42,233 bases of DNA, from the NCBI GenBank assembly GCA_045106875.1, contig JBGCFK010000343.1, positions 1 to 42,233 of the forward strand, in the 5' to 3' direction. This document shows positions 18,401 to 26,952 of this stretch, piece after piece. The DNA is from Paracoccaceae bacterium (GTDB lineage: Bacteria; Pseudomonadota; Alphaproteobacteria; Rhodobacterales; Rhodobacteraceae). Numbering within the stretch: position 1 is the first letter of the stretch; each line of letters starts with the position of its first letter. The notes below the pieces were generated by a model that was given only the letters and a program-made list of their open reading frames with translations, searched no databases and was not told the DNA's origin. The translations under genes were made by a program, and so were the position numbers.

Positions 18401-19035
18401 GGATTGCCCTGATCCACGCGGTGCGCGTTGCCATGGACCCGGTGGCAGAGGCATTCGCCCGGCTTTGGCCCGATGCCGAGGTGGTCAATCTGCTGGATGA
18501 CAGCCTGTCCGTTGACCGTGCGCGCGATGGCGAGATCACGCCTGCCATGACGGATCGTTTCGTGGTGCTGGCGCGTCACACGCGCGTGACAGGGGCTGAT
18601 GGTATCCTGTTTACTTGCTCGGCTTTTGGTCCTTGCATCGAGACTGCGGCCCGCGTGGTGGATATTCCCGTACTGAAACCCAATGAGGCGATGTTCCGTG
18701 AGGGTATGGCTGCCGGGTCGCGCATCGGATTGCTGGCCAGTTTCGCGCCATCGCTGCCGCCCATGGAGGAGGAATTCAGGACTTTGGCAGGCGATGTGCA
18801 ACTGGTTAGCGCTTGCGCGCCCGATGCCATGACGGCTCTGGCGGCAGGCGATGGGCAGGAACATGACCGGCAGCTTGCAGATGTCGCTGTCACGCTCTCG
18901 CATTGCGATACCATCATGCTGGCCCAGTTCTCCACAGCGCGCGCGCGGGCAGCGGTGGCGGCGGTAACTGGCTTGCCCGTGCTCACGTCGCCGGATAGCG
19001 CCGTGGCTGCGATGAAGGCACGGCTGTCGGCATGA
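18397..19035 (+). CDS. Asp/Glu/hydantoin racemase-family protein
   Basis: IALIHA, NLLDDSL, ADGILFTCSAFG and IMLAQFS motifs. GTGA overlap with the TPM gene; ATG 18394 is an alternative start. Confidence 0.8.
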   Translation: MRIALIHAVRVAMDPVAEAFARLWPDAEVVNLLDDSLSVDRARDGEITPAMTDRFVVLARHTRVTGADGILFTCSAFGPCIETAARVVDIPVLKPNEAMFREGMAAGSRIGLLASFAPSLPPMEEEFRTLAGDVQLVSACAPDAMTALAAGDGQEHDRQLADVAVTLSHCDTIMLAQFSTARARAAVAAVTGLPVLTSPDSAVAAMKARLSA

Positions 19036-19167
19036 AGCGGTTCCAAATATACCTGACCCATTAGGTACTGGTTGTCGCATTCGGGCAAGGAGAGAGGCCG
19101 CGAACGGCCGATTCCGGGTTTTCCCGAAACAGTTTGCGCCGCTGAAATGCGTTGAAAAAATTCAATG

Positions 19168-19183
19168 TTAAACTTGCGTTAAC
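19168..19183 (+). promoter_or_regulatory. Perfect CtrA binding box
   Basis: TTAA-ACTTGCG-TTAAC, 49 bp upstream of ATG 19233; the palindrome TTGAA-AAAA-TTCAA (19152-19165) is adjacent. Confidence 0.7.
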
Positions 19184-19232
19184 CATAGGCGGAAATGCTT
19201 CGGATCTGTCTAATCGCTGCTGGAGGGTCTGC

Positions 19233-19742
19233 ATGCGCCTTGTCTCAGCAATCGCTGCCTTGTTGATGACGGCTTCCTGTGCTCAGGATCCAAAGTTTGA
19301 AAGCATCAGGCTTAGCGCTCCGATCACGTCCGCCCAGATGGCAACATATGCGGACGGAGGGACTGGTCGGATCGAGGGCCAGGCCTTCCTGCGCCAGGAT
19401 GGTGGAAGCGTTGTCACGTGCGCAGGATCCGAGGTGCTGCTGATGCCCGACGTTGCCTCGACGCGCGAGATCGTGAACCTTCTGAAAGAGGGCAGGGTTG
19501 CCAGCATGCGTGTGAACGGGCAACGGCCCTCCACGTTGTTCCCACGTGCCTTTCGCAAGAAATGGTGCGACAGCGACGGTGGATTTGCCTTTGATCAGCT
19601 CGCCAGTGGTTCCTGGATTCTGATGACGGATGTGCAATGGAAAGCAGGCGTGGATGTATATGGCGGTGTCATGATCGGCTATCTCAATGTGCCCGATGAT
19701 GGGGTTGAGGAGGTCATCCTCTCGCGCTCACATCTGATCTGA
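19233..19742 (+). CDS. Putative lipoprotein with a carboxypeptidase-regulatory-like beta-sandwich
   Basis: GGAGG RBS; MRLVSAIAALLMTAS-C lipobox-like; IEGQAFLRQ-GG-VVTCAG-EV-L-P and CDSDGGFAFDQLASGSW. Confidence 0.75.
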   Translation: MRLVSAIAALLMTASCAQDPKFESIRLSAPITSAQMATYADGGTGRIEGQAFLRQDGGSVVTCAGSEVLLMPDVASTREIVNLLKEGRVASMRVNGQRPSTLFPRAFRKKWCDSDGGFAFDQLASGSWILMTDVQWKAGVDVYGGVMIGYLNVPDDGVEEVILSRSHLI

Positions 19743-19822
19743 GATTAGGAACTGGAATCTGTTTCGCGGCAACAAACACAACGGCTCTCGACAATCCGGA
19801 TATTTGTCCGCACTCTGATTTC

Positions 19823-20656
19823 ATGCTGAAGTTGAGCGCGCTGATTGCTGGACTGCTGTTGCTGGCTCCCGTTGCCGGGGCCGCACAGCTGGATGGCGAA
19901 GAGGTTGTGGACATCGAGCTTATCCTTGCTGTGGATGTCTCACGTTCGATGACCCCGCGCGAGCTCGAGATCCAGAGGCGCGGATATGCAGCGGCTCTGA
20001 CCTCCGACGAAGTTGTTCGTGCGCTGACGAGTGGGCCGAACCAGCAGATTGCCCTGACCTATGTCGAATGGGCAGGGGTCCAACTGCAGCGGACAATCGT
20101 GGACTGGACCCTGATCCGCAGCCTGGATGATGCTGAGAAAGTCGCGAGGACGCTTACCATCCAACTTTCGAACAACCTGCGCCGCACGTCCATCTCCGCA
20201 GCTCTCGACCACACCGTCCGCCTGTTCGACGACAACGGCTTTCGTGGCCTGCGCAAGGTCATCGACATCTCGGGCGATGGGCCGAACAATATGGGCCGGG
20301 CCGTGACATCCGCCCGCGACGAGGCGCTGGCCCGCGGTGTAGTGATCAACGGTCTGCCGCTGATGACCCGCGAGGGCATGGGCATGATGTGGCATCTGGA
20401 CGATCTGGATCTCTACTATGCCAATTGTGTGATCGGCGGGCCTGGAGCTTTCGTGATCCCTGTGCGCAGTTGGGCCGAGTTCGCGCCCGCGATCCAGCGC
20501 AAACTGGTGCTGGAACTGGTCTGGGAGCGCCCCAGATCGCTGCCGACGACGGTGCCCGAAGTGCTGCCCGCTCGGTTTCGCGGGCAGACCGCCCAAGGGT
20601 ACGATTGCCTGATAGGCGAGAAGATCTGGGATGAGATCATGGGCAACTGGAACTGA
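19823..20656 (+). CDS. DUF1194 vWA-like exported protein
   Basis: Signal peptide; ELILAVDVSRSM, RKVIDISGDGPNN, INGLP and VIGGPGAFV motifs. Confidence 0.88.
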   Translation: MLKLSALIAGLLLLAPVAGAAQLDGEEVVDIELILAVDVSRSMTPRELEIQRRGYAAALTSDEVVRALTSGPNQQIALTYVEWAGVQLQRTIVDWTLIRSLDDAEKVARTLTIQLSNNLRRTSISAALDHTVRLFDDNGFRGLRKVIDISGDGPNNMGRAVTSARDEALARGVVINGLPLMTREGMGMMWHLDDLDLYYANCVIGGPGAFVIPVRSWAEFAPAIQRKLVLELVWERPRSLPTTVPEVLPARFRGQTAQGYDCLIGEKIWDEIMGNWN

Positions 20657-20715
20657 CGACTTGTTCATGAGGACCGGCTCGGCTAGGGAAAGCCCGCGCT
20701 CACAACGGGATACCC

Positions 20716-22215
20716 ATGGCCAAGAAACACAAGAAAGCCCCCCGGCCCAAGGCCGTTACCCCACGCGGGTTCCGCGACTATTTCGGGGCGGAGGTCATGC
20801 GCCGCGATGCGATGCTGCGCGCGATCACCGGTGTCTATAACGCCTATGGGTTTGATCCGCTGGAAAGCTCTGGCGTCGAGACGGTCGAGGCGTTGGGGAA
20901 GTTTCTGCCTGATGTCGACCGTCCCAACGAGGGCGTGTTCGCGTGGCAGGACGAGGACGATGCGTGGATGGCGCTGCGCTATGATCTGACGGCGCCGTTG
21001 GCGCGGGTGTTTGCGCAGCACCGGCTGGATCTGCCCAATCCTTACCGGCGCTATGCGGTCGGGCCGGTCTGGCGCAATGAGAAACCTGGCCCCGGACGCT
21101 TTCGCCAGTTCTATCAATGTGACGCCGACACGGTCGGCACGCCCACCGTGGCCGCTGATGCCGAGATCTGCATGATGCTGGGCGATGCGCTGGAGGCCGC
21201 AGGGATTGCGCGTGGCGACTATGTGATCCGAGTGAACAACCGGAAGGTCTTGAATGGGATCATGGAGACAATCGGCGTTCTGAACCCTGAGGACGCGTCT
21301 GCCCGTTCGGTTGAACGCGGGATCGTGCTGCGCGCCATCGACAAGCTCGACCGTCTTGGCGAAGACGGAGTGCGCGCTCTGCTGGGCGAAGGCCGCAAGG
21401 ATGAAAGTGGCGATTACACCAAGGGTGCGGGCCTGTCGGGAGAGCAGGCCGATCTTGTCATGGGCTTCGTCTCGGCGCGGCGTGACACGGCGGAAGCCAC
21501 CTGCGCGCGGCTCCGCGAGCTGGTTGGTGGCTCGCCGATGGGAATCGAGGGTGTGAATGAGCTGGAGCAGATCGGTGCGTTGACCGAAGCGCAGTCCTAC
21601 GAAGACCGCCTGCTGATCGATCCCTCGGTCGTGCGCGGTCTCGGGTATTACACCGGGCCGGTCTACGAGGCCGAGCTGACCTTCGAGATCACTGATGAAG
21701 ATGGCCAAAGACGCCAGTTCGGCTCGGTCGCGGGCGGCGGGCGCTATGACGATCTGGTCAAGCGTTTCACCGGCGAGACTGTGCCTGCGACGGGTGTCTC
21801 GATTGGCGTTGACCGCTTGTTGGCGGCGCTTGCTGTCGGCCGGGTTGAGACCGCCGGACAGGGTCCGGTGGTAATTCTCGCCATGGATCGTGCCGAGATG
21901 GCAGCCTACCAGACCATGTGCGCCGAGCTGCGCAACGCTGGCCTCCGTGCCGAGGTCTTCATGGGTGGCGGCAACATGGCCAAGCAACTGAAATATGCCG
22001 ACAAACGCGCAGCCCCTGTGGTGGTGATCGAGGGCGGCGATGAACGCGCGGCGGGCCAGGTGACGCTCAAGGATCTCGCACTCGGGTCGCGTCTGGCCGC
22101 CGAGATCGAGACAAATGAAGAATGGAAGGCCCAGCCTGCCCAGAAGACGGTGGCGCGCGATGATCTGGTCGCCGAGGTTCGGGCGATGATCGCCCGCGCG
22201 GAAAATCAGGCCTAG
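20716..22215 (+). CDS. hisS: Histidine--tRNA ligase
   Basis: [45 protein letters not shown] and GGGRYD motifs. Confidence 0.97.
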   Translation: MAKKHKKAPRPKAVTPRGFRDYFGAEVMRRDAMLRAITGVYNAYGFDPLESSGVETVEALGKFLPDVDRPNEGVFAWQDEDDAWMALRYDLTAPLARVFAQHRLDLPNPYRRYAVGPVWRNEKPGPGRFRQFYQCDADTVGTPTVAADAEICMMLGDALEAAGIARGDYVIRVNNRKVLNGIMETIGVLNPEDASARSVERGIVLRAIDKLDRLGEDGVRALLGEGRKDESGDYTKGAGLSGEQADLVMGFVSARRDTAEATCARLRELVGGSPMGIEGVNELEQIGALTEAQSYEDRLLIDPSVVRGLGYYTGPVYEAELTFEITDEDGQRRQFGSVAGGGRYDDLVKRFTGETVPATGVSIGVDRLLAALAVGRVETAGQGPVVILAMDRAEMAAYQTMCAELRNAGLRAEVFMGGGNMAKQLKYADKRAAPVVVIEGGDERAAGQVTLKDLALGSRLAAEIETNEEWKAQPAQKTVARDDLVAEVRAMIARAENQA

Positions 22216-22218
22216 GTC

Positions 22219-23325
22219 ATGCTGCGCCGCCCACGATCTGGCCCTGTTCAGGCCGCGCTGGAGACTGCGCTTGCCAAGTTGTCAGAAACCTTCACCGATA
22301 GCGGGTTTGCGACGATGGACGTCCCGCACCTCTTTCTTGGTGACACGTTGCTGGATCTCTATGGCGAGGATCTGAGGGCGCGCGCATTCCTGTTTCCGGA
22401 CGCCGAGCGCGATAACGAGCTTTGTCTGCGTCCTGATTTCACAGTGCCCGTTGCCTTGGCGCACGGTGCGGCGGGATGGACCCACACGGCAGCATACAGT
22501 TATTCCGGGCCTGTGTTTCGCCGCCAGCCTCAGGGGCTGGGGCGCCCGACCGAGTACATGCAGGCAGGTGTCGAGCTGTTTGGCGAGACCGATACCATAG
22601 CCGCTGACGCGCGTGTGTTTGCGTTGCTGTACCGGGGGCTTTGTGCACTGGGAATGACCGGGATCGAGACTCATATTGGCGATCTTTCAATCCCTTTCGC
22701 GCTGCTCGATGTGCTGGACATGCCGGATCGACGCCGTGCTGCGCTGCGCCGTCATTTCTGGCGTCCGGCCCGTTTTCAGACGTTGATCGAGCGTGCCTGC
22801 AGGCCCGAGCCGCTCTCTACCACGCGTGCGCGCCTGCTGGCCGGTCCGGCTACTGCGTCATTTGGCGAAGCGCTTGGTCTTCGGGATGCTCAGGAAATCC
22901 TCGATCGGCTTTCGGATCTGGCGGACGAGGCCGTGGATGCGCCCATGCCGCGCGCAGATGCCGACCTGATCGGCGCAGTGCTGGCGCTTGAATGCCCCGC
23001 GACCGAAGCTCCGGCGCGGCTGCGTCAGCTTGTCGGACATTCCGGAATTAGCCCTGTGATCGAACGGCTGGAGGCCCGCCTTGATGCGTTTGCCGCCGAG
23101 GGGCTGGATCCGGCAGGAATGTTGTTCGATGCGAATTTCGGTCGGAACCTCGAATACTATGACGGGTTCGTTTTCGAGATGCGGGCTCTGGGAGCGGTTG
23201 AGCATCCGCCGCTGGCTGGCGGTGGACGCTATGATGCGCTGACCGCCAAGCTTGGTTCTGCAACCGAGATCCCGGCAATCGGCGGCATCATAAGGCCCGA
23301 ATCCGTGCTGGAGGTCGCCCAATGA
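22219..23325 (+). CDS. hisZ: ATP phosphoribosyltransferase regulatory subunit
   Basis: LRPDFTVPVA, YSGPVFR, QAGVE, FGRNLEYYDG and GGGRYD motifs; between hisS and hisG. Confidence 0.92.
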   Translation: MLRRPRSGPVQAALETALAKLSETFTDSGFATMDVPHLFLGDTLLDLYGEDLRARAFLFPDAERDNELCLRPDFTVPVALAHGAAGWTHTAAYSYSGPVFRRQPQGLGRPTEYMQAGVELFGETDTIAADARVFALLYRGLCALGMTGIETHIGDLSIPFALLDVLDMPDRRRAALRRHFWRPARFQTLIERACRPEPLSTTRARLLAGPATASFGEALGLRDAQEILDRLSDLADEAVDAPMPRADADLIGAVLALECPATEAPARLRQLVGHSGISPVIERLEARLDAFAAEGLDPAGMLFDANFGRNLEYYDGFVFEMRALGAVEHPPLAGGGRYDALTAKLGSATEIPAIGGIIRPESVLEVAQ

Positions 23326-24017
23326 GCCGGCTGATCTTGGGCTTGCCCTCGAAGGGGCGCTTGCAGGCCGATACGATCGCGTGGTTTGCAGCGCGCGGCA
23401 TCGACATAGCGCGCACTGGCGGGGACCGTGAATACGCCGCTGCCGCCACGGGCCTGGACGGTCTGGACGTCGTCATGCTGTCGGCAGGCGAGATCCCGCG
23501 CGAGCTGGCTGCCGGGCGCATTCATCTTGGTGTCACCGGTGAGGATCTGATCCAAGAACGCATTCCGGACCATTCGCAAACCGTTCGACTGCTTGCACAT
23601 CTTGGCTTTGGCCATGCCGATCTGATCGTTGCTGTCCCGGACTTCTGGGTCGATGTCGAAAGCATGCATGATCTGGACGAGGTTGCGCACGAGATCCGCG
23701 CCCGTCATGGCCAGCCGCTGCGCGTTGCCACCAAATACCACAATCTTGTCCGTGCGTTTTTCCGCCGGCACGGGGTGGCGGACTATCGGCTGGTCGACAG
23801 TCAGGGCGCGACCGAGGCAGCGCCCAAGAACCTTGCTGCCGAGGTGATCGCCGATATCACCTCCAGTGGCGAGACGCTACGCGCCAACCATCTCCGCCAG
23901 CTGGATGACGGCCTGATCCTGCAAAGTCAGGCCGTGCTGGTTGCCAGCGCACCGGCTCCATGGTGTGCTCAGACTCAGGGCGTGCTTGCCGAACTGGAAG
24001 TGCGTCTCGCGCCTTAG
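23322..24017 (+). CDS. hisG: ATP phosphoribosyltransferase, short form
   Basis: LPSKGRL, LGVTGED, RVATKY and GATEAAP...ADITSSGETLRANHL motifs. Confidence 0.95.
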   Translation: MSRLILGLPSKGRLQADTIAWFAARGIDIARTGGDREYAAAATGLDGLDVVMLSAGEIPRELAAGRIHLGVTGEDLIQERIPDHSQTVRLLAHLGFGHADLIVAVPDFWVDVESMHDLDEVAHEIRARHGQPLRVATKYHNLVRAFFRRHGVADYRLVDSQGATEAAPKNLAAEVIADITSSGETLRANHLRQLDDGLILQSQAVLVASAPAPWCAQTQGVLAELEVRLAP

Positions 24018-24117
24018 AGCGTTTTCCGAGTTCCTGAAATCGGGAATAGTGTGCGACACCATGGGTTCTCGGGCCACTTCCGGTGCACCTGATCCTGGTT
24101 GATCCGCAAACGCTCTA
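24015..24117. mobile_element. 103-bp MITE-like intergenic repeat (BRU-RS/CIR/RIME type)
   Basis: Perfect 10-bp terminal inverted repeats TAGAGCGTTT (24015-24024) and AAACGCTCTA (24108-24117), TA at both ends, internal hairpin TTCCTGA-AA-TCGGGAA. Confidence 0.7.
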
Positions 24118-25305
24118 GTCAGGTGTCTGTACTGCGATATCCCACGCATTTCCGCTGTTTCCCAACGCATAGCCCTTGTCATAGAGCGCGCGCATGTAGA
24201 CCGGGTCGAAGGGCTCGTCCTCAACGCCCCGGAAATCCTCCGGTACGGATGTCAGGCGCAGCCCCCAGCCGTCGCGTTCGGCCTGCGCGCGGATAACCTC
24301 GACATCAGCGACGCCTGCGGCTTTCAACAGGGTCGAGATCGACCGCCGAGCGATGGCAGCAAGTTCGGGCGCGACCTCGGCAAATTCGGGCGCCAGCTTG
24401 GAATTTCGGATCACCCATATCGTCCCCAAGCGCATGCCCGTGATGTTGTCGTCGGCCTGCTCGGACAACTTCAGGTCCGACGGGTAGAGGAACAGCTGCC
24501 TCGAGACCCCGCCATCCGCGTGCATCTCGCTATAGGCTCGTCCATTGTGCACCACCTGGAACTCCACTGGAGGAAACGCGACCGGGATGGATGCGGACGC
24601 CACAAGCACGTCACGGATCAGATTGCGCGCGTCTGGATTGCCCGACGAAGCAATGGCCCCGATATCCCATGTCACGGGACGCTGGCTGTCGAGATTGGTC
24701 GTTCCGATCCATAACCTGCGGCCCTTCGCGTGTTCGGCAGCGATCTCGGCAATGAACTTGGGCGTGAGCGCACGCTCGACGATGGCGCGCAGCTTCGCGG
24801 GGTTCGACACCCCGAGAGATTTGCCACGCAGCGCATCCAATATTGTCAGATCCAGTACATCGTCCGTTTTGATGTTGGTATAGGACAGCTCGACCTCGCG
24901 ATCGTACTGGGATCCGAGGAACGCATATGGAGCGATCAGGGCGCCGGTGGATATCCCGGTCACCAGACCGAATTCCGGTCGGCCACCCTTATCAGTCCAC
25001 GCGTTCAGGATGCCGGCGCCAAACGCACCATCCGTGCCGCCGCCTGACAGAACGAGCACGTCGAACCGCCCGCCATTTGGCAGGGCGCCCTCTTTTATGG
25101 CGCGCGCTGCGATCTGTTCGCGGATCTGACGGATTTGCAACTCGATATCTTCAGGCGATCTGTCACCCCAGATGCGGATGCCGGTGTAGCCGGGGACCTG
25201 CGCGGACTGGTAGAGATCCTCGGGCGCCGAAGGTAGAAACCTTTGTCCCGTGCAACCGGAAAGCACCCCAAGCACCGCAATGGTGGCGATAACCTGCCGT
25301 ATCAT
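24115..25305 (-). CDS. Patatin-like phospholipase, lipoprotein
   Basis: LSGC lipobox; LSGGGTDGAFGAG, GISTG nucleophile and DGG motifs; ATGA overlap with murJ. Confidence 0.9.
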   Translation of the reverse strand: MIRQVIATIAVLGVLSGCTGQRFLPSAPEDLYQSAQVPGYTGIRIWGDRSPEDIELQIRQIREQIAARAIKEGALPNGGRFDVLVLSGGGTDGAFGAGILNAWTDKGGRPEFGLVTGISTGALIAPYAFLGSQYDREVELSYTNIKTDDVLDLTILDALRGKSLGVSNPAKLRAIVERALTPKFIAEIAAEHAKGRRLWIGTTNLDSQRPVTWDIGAIASSGNPDARNLIRDVLVASASIPVAFPPVEFQVVHNGRAYSEMHADGGVSRQLFLYPSDLKLSEQADDNITGMRLGTIWVIRNSKLAPEFAEVAPELAAIARRSISTLLKAAGVADVEVIRAQAERDGWGLRLTSVPEDFRGVEDEPFDPVYMRALYDKGYALGNSGNAWDIAVQTPD

Positions 25306-26852
25306 TGTTCTGATTCCTTTCGACGCCGACGCATGGCGGCCTTGATTTCGTGCATGTGGAACGCACCGATACGACTGCCGATAACGCTGTATGATACTGC
25401 GCCAAGCGGCACGACCAAAAGCACAATCAGAGGTTCGGTGCCGGGGAAAACCTGCTTACACAGATGTGCGGTCCCCAAGACTACGGCACCCATGGCCAGG
25501 GACGCCAGCAGAATGCGCGGCAATCGGTGTGCCAGACGGGTATCCAGAGCAAGCGTCGGATCCAGCCGCTGCACGCCGCGCCACAGCAGAACCAGGTTCG
25601 CAAGCCCGGCGAGCGTAGTGCCCCACGCAGCCGCCATGAAACCGATCACAGGGGCCAACCCGATTGCGACGACCACGTTCACAACCATGGAGACGAGGGC
25701 AAAGTTCAACGGGGTCCGCGTATTTTCTCGCGCAAAGAAGGCCGGTTGCAGTACCTTTTGCAGCACAAATGTTGGAAGCCCGATGGCGTAGACTGCCAGG
25801 GCCATCGCGGTGGCTCGGCTGTCCTCTGCCGTGAAAGCGCCGCGCTCGAACAGGGCCGTCGTGATAAGCTCCGGTATGACAACCAGGGCCACGGCGCAGG
25901 GCAGGGTGAGGATCAGACTGAACTCGCCCGCGCGGTTCATGGCATCGGCTGTGCCAGCCGTGTCACCTGCCCGAAAGCGGCGCGACAACTCAGGCAAAAG
26001 GACCACGCCTATCGCGACCCCGACCACGCCGAGTGGCAATTGGTAAATGCGGTCTGCCATCCAGAGCCAGGCCACGGCTCCCTCGAAATAGCTGGCGACC
26101 TGCGTGCCCACGAGAAGGTTGATCTGCATGACCCCGCCCGCGAGCGCTGCCGGAATGCCCACGACAATCAGCCTGCGCACATCCGGGGTGAGACGTGGGC
26201 GACGGGGCAAGAGGCCCATGCCAAGCTTGCGCGCCGCCCACCAGACCAGTGCCAGTTGCGCAAGCCCTGCCGCTGCAATCGCCCAGGGTAGAACTACACC
26301 CGGATCCGATCCGGTGGCCCAGACGAGACCCAGCGCTGCGACCCAAATGATGTTCAGAAGAACCGGTGCAGCCGCAGCAGCGGCGAAGCGGTCAAATGCG
26401 TTCAGGACTCCAGAGAACAGGGCCGCCAGCGAGATGAACAGGATGTAGGGAAAGAGAATCCGCGAGAACGTCACGGCCAGGTCGAACTTCTCGCCCTCGA
26501 AGCCGCTGGCCAGAGCAAAGACGAGCCAGGGCATGGCGGCCTGAGCGACAAGCGTGAGCATGATCAACGCGGCAACCAGTGCCGAGAGCGCCTCGGTTCC
26601 GAAGATCCGCGCGACGTCCTTGCCTTCGCCTTCCAGCTTTTTTGCAAAGATCGGGATGAAGGCCATGTTGAACGCGCCCTCGGCGAAGAAACGGCGGAAC
26701 ATGTTGGGCAGGCGAAAGGCGACAAAGAACGCCTCTGCGAGCGGGCCCGTGCCGATCACTGCTGCCATGGCGATGTCGCGCACGAAGCCCATGATGCGGC
26801 TGGCCATTGTCCAGCTGCCGACGGTTGCAAAGCTGCCGAGAAGTCTGCTCAT
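25302..26852 (-). CDS. murJ: Lipid II flippase MurJ
   Basis: SRIMGFVRD, AFRLPNMFRRFFAEGAF, ADRIYQLPLG and LFERGAF motifs. Confidence 0.96.
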   Translation of the reverse strand: MSRLLGSFATVGSWTMASRIMGFVRDIAMAAVIGTGPLAEAFFVAFRLPNMFRRFFAEGAFNMAFIPIFAKKLEGEGKDVARIFGTEALSALVAALIMLTLVAQAAMPWLVFALASGFEGEKFDLAVTFSRILFPYILFISLAALFSGVLNAFDRFAAAAAAPVLLNIIWVAALGLVWATGSDPGVVLPWAIAAAGLAQLALVWWAARKLGMGLLPRRPRLTPDVRRLIVVGIPAALAGGVMQINLLVGTQVASYFEGAVAWLWMADRIYQLPLGVVGVAIGVVLLPELSRRFRAGDTAGTADAMNRAGEFSLILTLPCAVALVVIPELITTALFERGAFTAEDSRATAMALAVYAIGLPTFVLQKVLQPAFFARENTRTPLNFALVSMVVNVVVAIGLAPVIGFMAAAWGTTLAGLANLVLLWRGVQRLDPTLALDTRLAHRLPRILLASLAMGAVVLGTAHLCKQVFPGTEPLIVLLVVPLGAVSYSVIGSRIGAFHMHEIKAAMRRRRKESEQ

Positions 26853-26952
26853 GGTCCGTCATGCCAAGCGGGCTTCGCCTGCGCAAGCGCTTGCTCAGAT
26901 GACATCGCATCAGCCCCCCTGCCCCCGTTCCGGGGGGGCGCCAACGGCAGGA

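Noticed and set aside
20683-21987. 434-aa antisense ORF over hisS, and similar ones over glnD, carA and hemC
   Set aside because: Expected stop-poor shadows in high-GC coding DNA; no recognisable motifs.
26883-26940. GCAAGCGCTTGC palindrome and C-run/G-run hairpin between glnD and murJ
   Set aside because: Low complexity with no U tract; cannot be called a terminator or riboswitch.
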